The notes under the pieces: model-generated | Databases searched by the model: none | Told to the model about the DNA's origin: nothing | The model's input: only the letters and a program-made list of their open reading frames with translations | In this document: positions 54,890-62,999 of the stretch, one piece after another | Position numbering within the stretch: the first letter of the stretch is position 1 | Layout of the letters: each line of letters begins with the position of its first letter | Position numbers and translations under genes: made by a program | Assembly (NCBI GenBank): GCA_002842215.1 | Contig: PHCC01000007.1 | Location: forward strand, 103,113 to 167,112 | Direction of reading: 5' to 3' | Length of the DNA: 64,000 nucleotides | From: Betaproteobacteria bacterium HGW-Betaproteobacteria-9 | GTDB lineage: Bacteria; Pseudomonadota; Gammaproteobacteria; Burkholderiales; Burkholderiaceae_C

Positions 54890-55279
54890 TTCGCTTTCAA
54901 GATCAACAGTGGATCGGTCGTGTTGCTTGTGCGGCAATCGGGAACATGGACACCGTGATCTTCCCGCACGACACCATGACAGCGCAACCCACGAACCTGG
55001 AACCAGCGCGCTGGTGCGCGTGCAGGCAATGTGCCGTGTGCGGCGTATGTGCTGCCGCTGCGGACGGAACTGAACGAGGTGGCGCGGCACTGGTCCAGCT
55101 GATGGGGGCTCCACAGTCAACAAACAGTGTTCACGAGTGATTGACTGAAGTCGGCCAGGAGCAGTCGGCCAACGTGTCCGTCTGAGTGGCAGTCAGCATG
55201 TCGAGGCTGTAATTTAACTTTACTCAACTTCTGCTCCCAGCACTAAAAGAACAGACCAAAAGGCCGTTGCGCCACCAAA

Positions 55280-56002
55280 CTATATTTCAGGGAAGATGCC
55301 ACGAGCCAATGGAGGCAATTCATCTCCATTTGGAAATCCGTTTCGAATTTCAACAAAGAAATAGTTGCTGAACGCCATTAACTCTTCTTTTGCAATCAGA
55401 AACTCTCGTGCCATCTCCAGTAGGTCCGCAGTGGTAGCTCCTATCTGATGATCAAAAACGTCTTCCCGCTTCTCAGGATGATAGAAATTTGCAGTCAAGA
55501 AGAACCTTTCAGTCTCTGATCTGGACATATCGAAGGCCGTTATTCCATGCGAAATTATGTTTCGTCGTTCACTTAGCTTTTTCAATTTTTTGGCGATCAC
55601 TTCCCAACGAGCGACCCAAGGAGATGGAACAATCGCGTGCTTTAGCGCAGCGGTTACCATCTGAAGCCGTGTATTGAAGCCGGAAGGAACATGAAACACC
55701 GCAGCCGACACTGATTCATTTGTGGCTCCAATTGCTGCGAAGAACAGATTAGTTAGTCCGGATTCAATAAATTGCCATTCCGCTACTGCTCGCCCTAGAG
55801 CAAGACAATATGCATCGCTACCCGCTACGCTTGGACTGCTAACAACGGGACCGCGTTTTGCGTTTGCTAAGTAGATGCAACTCACAACCCCCCGCAGTTT
55901 TTTGTGCATGCAACTTCTCCAAATGTATTGACCTACCTGCATACCGCCGCCTGTTGACGTCCATACAGCAAAAAGAAAAACTCTTATGAACGTCGAGCAC
56001 AC
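55280..56002 (-). CDS. Helical hypothetical protein with HEPN-like RxxxxH motif (start probably 55909 or later)
   Basis: LGRAVAEWQFIE, KKLSERRNIISHG; AT-rich. Confidence 0.6.
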   Translation of the reverse strand: MCSTFIRVFLFAVWTSTGGGMQVGQYIWRSCMHKKLRGVVSCIYLANAKRGPVVSSPSVAGSDAYCLALGRAVAEWQFIESGLTNLFFAAIGATNESVSAAVFHVPSGFNTRLQMVTAALKHAIVPSPWVARWEVIAKKLKKLSERRNIISHGITAFDMSRSETERFFLTANFYHPEKREDVFDHQIGATTADLLEMAREFLIAKEELMAFSNYFFVEIRNGFPNGDELPPLARGIFPEI

Positions 56003-56178
56003 TCCGGAATACCCGCTATCGATCTAGTTTTGACTGATCACATACCTATCTCTACTGTCGATCATGATTTGCCACCCAGCATCAATCGATGAGCGGTGAT
56101 TTGAGGTCGCGACGTGATCTTCGCGGTTGTCGGGCGGTTGTCGGCAAGAGCCGCCGATCCTCGCTCGCGAATGCGGTC

Positions 56179-56236
56179 GCTCAACGTTCGAATTGTGCGG
56201 CGCTAGAAGGCGTCCGAAGCAATGAATAGCTATAGC
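56179..56236 (-). repeat. attC site (about 58 bp, degenerate R'')
   Basis: Minus strand TAGCTATTCATTGCTTCGGACGCC-TTCTA-GCGCCGCACAATTCGAAC-GTTGAGC; R' fits GTTRRRY; overlaps the cassette stop codon. Confidence 0.7.
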
Positions 56237-57096
56237 TGCTTGACCAGCTTTCGATGCTCGGCATTGGACAACACCCCATTCTCTAGGTGCTTCAAAAGAC
56301 GATACTTGACCACCAACGGCAGGAATTTTTCTCTTCCGTAGCGGCTTAAGCAATTATAGAAAAGCAAGCCAAGTTCGTACTTGGAAAGCTGAGCGCGCAC
56401 GAGATTCGTGTAGAACTTCTTTTGTTCATCCGTGATGAAACCGGAATCCACAAATTTCAGAATATTGTAAATTGTCCTGAAGTAGTGCCCAACCAGATGC
56501 CCATAGCGCTTGTAAAACCTGCCATACTCTATATCAATTGCTTCAATTGCAGGTTGTGTGTAGTTGCCTCTCGTTACGTTCACTAGGTATTCGGCCAGGA
56601 GAATTTTCTGCAGAGCCTCGATGCATTGCCTGTTATCAAAATTTCCGCCGCTTTCTATTTCGTATTTTTCGAGTTCTGCGATTTCCTGAAGCTCAAAATA
56701 GTCGACCTTCACATGCATATCTCTTACGAGATCATTTAGCAGAATCATCATCTGAAAGAATGTTGTCTCGAACGCCTGCTTCGTTAGTACAGCGTTTTGG
56801 GCATCTAACGCGACAGCAGATCGCTTGAGTTGCACAGTTGAGTCGCGAAGCTCCTTACTCTGTAAAACAATCGTGTACAGAAGCGCGAATAGGGCAGTGA
56901 CGGAAAAGAGTGGGTTGAGTATTCCTCCGGCATAGTCGCCAAATTGGCCCCAAGCTTCCTGCTTTGACGAGAGACTACCGCCGAATTTTAAGAAATAGAG
57001 CAAGATCAAGAGCAATGCAAATGAAATCGAGGTTGTAACGAGAACTCGTAGCCAACGAGGGACATCGGTTGTCGAAATTTCTTTGGTGAAGGTCAT
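56230..57096 (-). CDS. Putative phage abortive infection protein (putAbiC-like), integron cassette
   Basis: WGQFGDYAGGILNP, FETTFFQM, GHYFRTIY, RAQLSKYELGLLFYNCLS..G.EKF..L..KY.LLKHL. Confidence 0.82.
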   Translation of the reverse strand: MTFTKEISTTDVPRWLRVLVTTSISFALLLILLYFLKFGGSLSSKQEAWGQFGDYAGGILNPLFSVTALFALLYTIVLQSKELRDSTVQLKRSAVALDAQNAVLTKQAFETTFFQMMILLNDLVRDMHVKVDYFELQEIAELEKYEIESGGNFDNRQCIEALQKILLAEYLVNVTRGNYTQPAIEAIDIEYGRFYKRYGHLVGHYFRTIYNILKFVDSGFITDEQKKFYTNLVRAQLSKYELGLLFYNCLSRYGREKFLPLVVKYRLLKHLENGVLSNAEHRKLVKQL

Positions 57097-57223
57097 TGAG
57101 AATCTTTGGTAGTTCTACGTAATTTATCCCGCAGAACTTGCGGAATAAAATGGACGGCGCAGGATAATCTGCTTACGGCCTCCTCCTGAAAGAGGCTTAC
57201 ATTCTAAATTTTAGGTCAATAAA

Positions 57224-57239
57224 TTGTACAAAAACACAG
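57224..57239. promoter_or_regulatory. Degenerate LexA (SOS) box upstream of intI
   Basis: TTGT-ACAAAAAC-ACAG versus consensus CTGT-N8-ACAG. Confidence 0.65.
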
Positions 57240-57249
57240 TTAAAAAACC

Positions 57250-57605
57250 ATAAAATCCGGTACGCCTGTTTTGCGCTCTACCCGGCTGCTGGGCCTGTTG
57301 TAGGAGCGGATTCGATGCCTTCACTATAGCCTCAGCACTGAGAAGGTTTACCTGCGTTGGGTGCTTTTTTTCGTTGGCACGGCCGCAACGGTGAAGTACG
57401 GCACCCACGCGACATGGCAGCGGCAGAGATTAACGCGTTTCTGAACATGCAGGCCAATGAGCGGAAGGTTTCATCATCCACTCACAATCAAGCCCTGAGC
57501 GCCTTCCTCTTTATGTACCACGAGGTGTTGGGCATCGATCTGCCTTGGCTGGATGGGGTCAAGCGCCCAGCGTAGAAACGTCCCATCCTCAGCGTTCTGA
57601 CCAAC
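57250..57605 (+). pseudogene. intI: Integron integrase, 5' remnant
   Basis: [33 protein letters not shown], then [34 protein letters not shown]; ATA in place of ATG, TAG at 57301, a frameshift, TAG at 57573; catalytic domain absent. Confidence 0.88.
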
Positions 57606-57736
57606 ATCGGCGATGTCAATGCCAGGTACCAGGTGCCCAATTTGGTGAGGCTTATGACGGTAGTGGGTCGCGAGGACCACTACACCACCAGGCGCTTTCG
57701 GCCAGGAGCGGCCAGCGCTCAAAGGGGAAAGCAGTC

Positions 57737-57808
57737 GTTCAACGTTTGACATGAGAGACGCATGGAGGCCGTAGGCCGGAAAGCGTCCTCTCGATGGAAT
57801 GGTTAGGC
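57737..57808 (-). repeat. attC site (72 bp)
   Basis: Minus strand GCCTAAC-CATTCCATCGAGAGGACG...CGTCTCTCATGTCAAAC-GTTGAAC with RYYYAAC and GTTRRRY ends. Confidence 0.88.
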
Positions 57809-57822
57809 CTCAACGTTGGGCC

Positions 57823-58575
57823 TCAACGTGCGACTAGAAGGAAAAGCGCATAGCCGCCGACAAGAACTGGCGCTAGAAACTCGATTAGCAACCATCGAAG
57901 GTTCTGACTTCGCAGAAAAAGACCAAACCAGGAATCGAAGCGCCTCAGCGAGACCGGAACTCTGGCTCCTTCAATTGAAGCGACAGAAGCTTTGAGCTCC
58001 CGGGTGAATTTCGCAAGTTCTTCACGCAGCCCAACAACGGGCCTGATTGCGTTTGCGATGTTCATGGCGTCGGCACCATGAGAGAACTTGGCTTTCATCT
58101 CTGATTCCCAGTCAGAAAGCCTATTATCCATATCTTGAACCTTGGCCCCGAAGTTTCCAATTTTGCGGGCTTCGTCCTTCCACCAGTTGTAGAGCGTTGA
58201 TTGCCTTGGGTCGCTGGGGTAGTCTCCATGCTCGCTTGCAAGGCGTGCTGTTGTGACGAAGGCGACTCTTGTGCCTGTGATGCGTAGCCGCCATTCGAGC
58301 AGCGCATCAACAGAAGCCCAAAGAAAATGGAAAAGGAGGTAGGCGACCAGTGCGATGAGCCCGTTTGTCAGGATCATGTCTGACAGACCCTTGAACTTCA
58401 ATCCCATGATCTGAGAGTCTGGTTCAAGGTGCAGATCGCCAAAGACCACGGCTATCGAGATGACAGAGGTGAATATGAGATTCGTTCGAATCTTCCAAGC
58501 GTTCTCTGTCAGCTCAAGGAAGGCTGGTTCGCCTAGAACTTTCTCAACGGCCTCTATCGAGTCTGATGATTTCAT
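57823..58575 (-). CDS. Membrane/coiled-coil hypothetical protein, integron cassette
   Basis: Two N-terminal TMs, charged helical middle, C-terminal TM; cassette starts at GTTAGGC (58602-58596). Confidence 0.75.
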   Translation of the reverse strand: MKSSDSIEAVEKVLGEPAFLELTENAWKIRTNLIFTSVISIAVVFGDLHLEPDSQIMGLKFKGLSDMILTNGLIALVAYLLFHFLWASVDALLEWRLRITGTRVAFVTTARLASEHGDYPSDPRQSTLYNWWKDEARKIGNFGAKVQDMDNRLSDWESEMKAKFSHGADAMNIANAIRPVVGLREELAKFTRELKASVASIEGARVPVSLRRFDSWFGLFLRSQNLRWLLIEFLAPVLVGGYALFLLVAR

Positions 58576-58602
58576 TGCGTGCTCGTTTACTTGAGGCCTA
58601 AC

Positions 58603-58870
58603 GAGGCTGTGCAAAAACCCCAAATCCAGCCGCAGGCTGGCACAGAGTTGCATTGATGTTGGCGATCATGGCCTCGTTCCCTTCTGAATTGTTTTCCGGT
58701 TGATCGGCCGGCCTGTCGGGCTCCTGATCCGGCCTGTGGCGCTCATTCTGGCACCAAACAATGGCCGACCTCTGGCGCTACTTTTTCAGATCGCACCCGG
58801 CCAGTTTCTCGATGTTGTGCACCAGGCAATACAGCCGCCACTTTTGCATGACGGGAGGCCTGACTTTCGT
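58603..58870 (-). mobile_element. IS1182-family right-end remnant
   Basis: KWRLYCLVHNIEKLA matches IS1182-type transposase C-terminus; IR-like GAGGCTGTGCAAAAACCC at 58603-58620. Confidence 0.65.
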
Positions 58871-59147
58871 CGATTTCTCAGTGGTTTGACGATCGCAGAC
58901 GTCCCGCCCGACTACCTTGTTCCTCGAACCCCTTGCCACAAGCAGAGCGGTGTCCGCTTTCCAGTAGCTCAAGCGGGTGCCCGCTCAGGGTCGAATGTGA
59001 TCCTCCAACCGAGCAGCAACACCGTCATCTGATCCCATCCGGCATCGACAAAGCCTCCGTCACCGAGCCATTCACAGCTTGGCGCTGCGCTCCCCGGAAA
59101 ACTGAAATTGGCCCTGCCCCGTCCGGGGGCTGCGCGTCGCGCCAGCC

Positions 59148-60506
59148 TCAGCGCGTCCAGCTCCCCATGCGGATCGCGATGGCGAGGGTGGAGCCATAGA
59201 CGACCAGGCTGAGCGCGACGACGGCAAAGAGGCCGCTCGCGGGGGTCTGGAACACGTGCACGCAGAGCCAGCCGCCGACCACCAGGATCACCAGACGGCC
59301 CATGCTGCCTGCGAGCGGCCAGAACATGCGGCCCGCGCCCTGCGACGCAAAGAACAGCGCCAGGCCGAGCCCGAAGAAGGCGTAGCAGCCGCCCACGATG
59401 TTGAGGTACGTCGCGCCCACCGCCAGCACGTCGGCATCGCTGGTGAACAGGCCCATCCACAGTGACGGAGCGATGGCCGTGGCCAGGCCGATCGCGCCGG
59501 TGATCACGGCCACCAGCGCACCGCCGGCCCAGGCCACGCGCACCGCGCGCACCGACTGCCCTGCGCCCATGTTGGTCGCCACCATCGCGGTCAGGGCGGT
59601 GCCAAAGCCGAAGGCGATGGGCACCAGGATGTATTCGAGCCGCGCCGCCACGCCGTAGCCCGCGAGCGCGGCCGTGCCGTAGCTGCCCACGAAAGCGGTG
59701 GTCACGGCGATGGAGGCGTTGCTGATCACCGGGCTCAAGGACGCGGGCAGGCCCACGCGCAGGATGTCGCGCAGCAGCGGCAAATGCAGGCGCCAAGGCA
59801 AGGCCCGCAGTTGCACGGGGCCATCGCGTCGCCACAGGTGCGCCGCCATCACCAGCGTGGCCACGGCGTTCACGGCCAGCGTGCTGGCGGCCGCGCCGGC
59901 CATGCCCAGGCCGGCCACCGGGCCCCAGCCGAACACCAGCACCGGGCACAACACCAAGTGCAGCAGCGCGGTGCCCAGCAGCATCAACGAGGGCAGCACC
60001 ATGTTGCCCGCGCCGCGCACCACGGCGGCCAGCACGTTGGTCAACCAGATGAGCAGCGCGCCGCTGAACAGCACGTTCGAATACACCAGCGCGGCTTCGA
60101 GCGCGGCGCCGCGCCCGCCCATGGCGCCGAAAATGCCGCGCCCGAAGCCGAGCATGACGAACATGAACAGCGCCGCCAGCAAGACCGCGAGCAGCAGCGC
60201 CTGCTGCGCCAGGCGGCTGGCGTCCTGGCTGCGCCCGGCGCCCAGGGCCCGCGCCACGGCGGCGGTGGTGGCGCCGCCGATGCCGCCCGCCGACATCTGC
60301 AGCATCAGCATCGAGAGCGGGAACACCAGTGCGATGCCGGCGAGCGCGTCCGGCCCCAAACGACCCAGGATGTAGCCGTCGTAACCGATCACGATCGTGG
60401 TCGCGAACAGGCCCATGACGTTGGGCGTGGCCAGGCGGAGCAGCGTGGGCAGCAGTGGCGCGTGCAGCATCTGCTGCACACGGGCCTGGGCGATGGTTGC
60501 GGTCAT
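59148..60506 (-). CDS. MATE family efflux transporter
   Basis: LLRLATPN, DGYILGRLG, RVGLPAS, YGVAARLEY, NMGAG; 12 TMs. Confidence 0.92.
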   Translation of the reverse strand: MTATIAQARVQQMLHAPLLPTLLRLATPNVMGLFATTIVIGYDGYILGRLGPDALAGIALVFPLSMLMLQMSAGGIGGATTAAVARALGAGRSQDASRLAQQALLLAVLLAALFMFVMLGFGRGIFGAMGGRGAALEAALVYSNVLFSGALLIWLTNVLAAVVRGAGNMVLPSLMLLGTALLHLVLCPVLVFGWGPVAGLGMAGAAASTLAVNAVATLVMAAHLWRRDGPVQLRALPWRLHLPLLRDILRVGLPASLSPVISNASIAVTTAFVGSYGTAALAGYGVAARLEYILVPIAFGFGTALTAMVATNMGAGQSVRAVRVAWAGGALVAVITGAIGLATAIAPSLWMGLFTSDADVLAVGATYLNIVGGCYAFFGLGLALFFASQGAGRMFWPLAGSMGRLVILVVGGWLCVHVFQTPASGLFAVVALSLVVYGSTLAIAIRMGSWTR

Positions 60507-60574
60507 GGGGTGTCTCCGTGTGTGGCGCTGCGGTGCGAGCTGGTTGGGGAACGGTCCGGCAAAGTGCTCATGTT

Positions 60575-60590
60575 TATGATGATCGTCATA
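60575..60590. promoter_or_regulatory. TetR operator upstream of MATE gene
   Basis: TATGATGATCGTCATA, one mismatch from 61259-61274. Confidence 0.7.
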
Positions 60591-60645
60591 TTTCTGCTGG
60601 AACCGATAGGAATGCCCTGGCGGGCGGGTGCATGGCGGACATGGT

Positions 60646-61239
60646 TCAGGCCGCTGGTTGGGAAGTGTCGTAACGCGCCAGCAAGGCGCTTCGGTTGGCT
60701 GCCAGCAAGGCCCGGCCTTCGGCGTTGTCGCCCAGGGCCCGCGCGAGCTGCAACGCGCCCACCATCTGGCTGGCGATGGCGGCGGCGCTGTCGGGCGCCG
60801 CATCGACGGGGAGGATTGTTTCGACCAGCGCCACCAGGCCGCGCACGCGCTGCACGGCTGCGGCGCGAACGTCGGCCGACTGGCGCGGCATCTCCGACAC
60901 CAGCGCCGCGACCGCGCAACCGTTTTCGGTGCAGCGCAGGTGGCGGTCCGAGAGGTAGCTGTCGATGAGCGCGCGGAACGGGCTGGCGCCGTGCGCCTCA
61001 CGCAGGGCGTTGCCCTGGCTCAGGCGCTCGGCGCTTTGCTGCCCGGCATGGGCCAGGGCCTCGACCAGCAGCGCGTCGCGCGAGGGAAAGTGTGCGTAGA
61101 AGCCGCCATGCGTCAGGCCCGCCTCTTTCATGATGTCGGCCACGCCGATCCCGGCGAAGCCGGCGCGCCGGATCGCCCGCGCCGCGGTGTCGACGATGCG
61201 TTCGTGGGTCAGGGCCTTGCGGCCAGGTGCGGTTGCCAT
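60646..61239 (-). CDS. TetR/AcrR family regulator
   Basis: GVADIMKEAGLTHGGFYAHF. Confidence 0.93.
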   Translation of the reverse strand: MATAPGRKALTHERIVDTAARAIRRAGFAGIGVADIMKEAGLTHGGFYAHFPSRDALLVEALAHAGQQSAERLSQGNALREAHGASPFRALIDSYLSDRHLRCTENGCAVAALVSEMPRQSADVRAAAVQRVRGLVALVETILPVDAAPDSAAAIASQMVGALQLARALGDNAEGRALLAANRSALLARYDTSQPAA

Positions 61240-61258
61240 GGCGGGATGGTAGCTTAAA

Positions 61259-61274
61259 TATGACGATCGTCATA
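61259..61274. promoter_or_regulatory. TetR operator (autoregulatory)
   Basis: Perfect palindrome TATGACGATCGTCATA. Confidence 0.75.
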
Positions 61275-61333
61275 ATCATCACTCCCCACCGCCATAGGGG
61301 TTTTGCGGCAGGTGAAGGGGAAACCCCAATACA

Positions 61334-61349
61334 CATTACACATGTAATG
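61334..61349. promoter_or_regulatory. Palindrome upstream of second TetR gene
   Basis: CATTACA-CA-TGTAATG. Confidence 0.6.
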
Positions 61350-61364
61350 CATATTCTTAAAAAC

Positions 61365-62027
61365 ATGAACCTCCAACCCTCCCCCACCCGGCCGCCCACC
61401 GGCAACCGCCACGCCGAACGCAGCGAGGCCACGCGCGCGCAGTTGATCCAGGCCGCCATCCAGGTGGTGCGCGACAAGAGCTACCAGGGCGCTTCGGTGT
61501 TCGAAGTGGCCAAGGCCGCCGGCCTCACACCGGGCGCCTTCCAGCACCACTTCGGGACCAAGGCGGTGCTGATGATGCGGGTGGTGGACGAGTTGGTGGC
61601 GGCCAGTGACTACAACGCGCCCGGGTGGCCCGCGGCCGATCTGCCCCTGGCCGAGCGCGCCCGGCAGACGCTGCAGCTGCTGTGGCAGCGCATCTACGAG
61701 CCCGAGCGCTTTCTGGTGGCCTGGCAGGTCTACATGGGCTGCGGCGCAGACGCCGAAATCACGCGCTACATCGCCGGCCTGCGCCAGACGCAGCAAGACC
61801 AGCTGCGCCAGCGTTTCCTCACCGTGTTTCCCGAGCTGTCGGCCTCGCCCGATACCCCGGCCTTCATCGATCTCGTGATGTCCACCCTGCGCGGCATGGG
61901 CCTGGTGCGCCTGTTCGGCCCGGCCGATGCGGCCATGGCGGCCCAGCTGGACCAGCTGGCCGCCCTGCTGGTGCAGCGCTGCGAACACAAACCCCTTCCC
62001 ACCACGCCCAAGAGGAAACGCTCATGA
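61365..62027 (+). CDS. TetR/AcrR family regulator
   Basis: SVFEVAKAAGLTPGAFQHHFGTK. Confidence 0.92.
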   Translation: MNLQPSPTRPPTGNRHAERSEATRAQLIQAAIQVVRDKSYQGASVFEVAKAAGLTPGAFQHHFGTKAVLMMRVVDELVAASDYNAPGWPAADLPLAERARQTLQLLWQRIYEPERFLVAWQVYMGCGADAEITRYIAGLRQTQQDQLRQRFLTVFPELSASPDTPAFIDLVMSTLRGMGLVRLFGPADAAMAAQLDQLAALLVQRCEHKPLPTTPKRKRS

Positions 62028-62995
62028 AACCGATCTCCCTGACCCTGCGCGGCCTCGCCGCGGCTGCGCTGACCCTGCCGCTGCTGGCGCACGCCGCCTA
62101 CCCCGAAAAGATCGTCACGCTGGTGGTGCCCTACCCGCCCGGCGGCGCCACCGACACCATCGCCCGCAAGCTCATGGAACCGCTGGGCAAGCGCCTGGGT
62201 CAAAACGTGATCGTGGAAAACCGCCCGGGTGCGGGCACCGCCATCGGCGCCACGCTGGTGGCCAAGGCGCCGGCCGACGGCTACACGCTGCTGATCTCGT
62301 CGAACACCACGTTCACGGTGAACGCCGCCATCAAGCGCCAGTTGCCCTACGACCCGCAGAAAGGCTTCGAGTCCATCGGCACCATCGGCAGCTCGCCGCT
62401 GGTGCTGCTGGCCAACCCCAAGGTGGCCGCCAGCAACCTGCCCGAACTGCTGGCCCTGGCCAAGCGCGAGCCCAGTGGGCTGAACTTCGGCTCTTTCGGC
62501 AACGGCACCACCGCCCACCTGGCCGGCGAAATGCTCAAGGTGATGGCCGGCGCCAACCTGGTGCACGTGGCCTACAAAGGCAGCGCCCCGGCCATGACGG
62601 ACCTGATCGGCGGGCAGATCCCGCTGAGCTTCGACACCAACGTCGCCGCCATGCCGCAGATGGCCGCTGGCAAGGTGAAAGCGCTGGCGGTCACGTCCAA
62701 GAAACGTTCGCCGCAGATGCCCACCGTGCCCACCATCGCCGAGGCCGGTTTCCCCGACTACGAAATGGTGCCGTGGATCGCCATCGTCGCACCGCGTGGC
62801 CTGCCCGAACCGGTGCGCGCGGCCCTGGGCAAGGCGCTGGCCGACACGGTGAAAGACCCGGCCACCCGGGCCGAGCTGGAAAAGATCGGCGTGGAAGTGG
62901 CCTACGAGCCGGGCAGCGCCTACGACACGCGCGTGGCGCGCGAACTGCCGCTGCTGCGCGCCTACGTGCACAAGGCCAACATCCCCCTGGAGTGA
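62024..62995 (+). CDS. Bug/TctC family substrate-binding protein
   Basis: VPYPPGGATD, ENRPGAG, VAYKGSAPAMTDLIGGQI. Confidence 0.95.
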   Translation: MKPISLTLRGLAAAALTLPLLAHAAYPEKIVTLVVPYPPGGATDTIARKLMEPLGKRLGQNVIVENRPGAGTAIGATLVAKAPADGYTLLISSNTTFTVNAAIKRQLPYDPQKGFESIGTIGSSPLVLLANPKVAASNLPELLALAKREPSGLNFGSFGNGTTAHLAGEMLKVMAGANLVHVAYKGSAPAMTDLIGGQIPLSFDTNVAAMPQMAAGKVKALAVTSKKRSPQMPTVPTIAEAGFPDYEMVPWIAIVAPRGLPEPVRAALGKALADTVKDPATRAELEKIGVEVAYEPGSAYDTRVARELPLLRAYVHKANIPLE

Positions 62996-62999
62996 ACGG

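Noticed and set aside
54900-55130. Possible gene remnant upstream of the DUF4256-like gene
   Set aside because: No frame gave a recognisable protein.
56024-56353. 109-aa ORF spanning the attC
   Set aside because: Overlaps the AbiC-like gene end and the attC in another frame; no motif or RBS evident.
57357-57575. 72-aa ORF as an intact small gene
   Set aside because: It is the post-frameshift part of the intI pseudogene.
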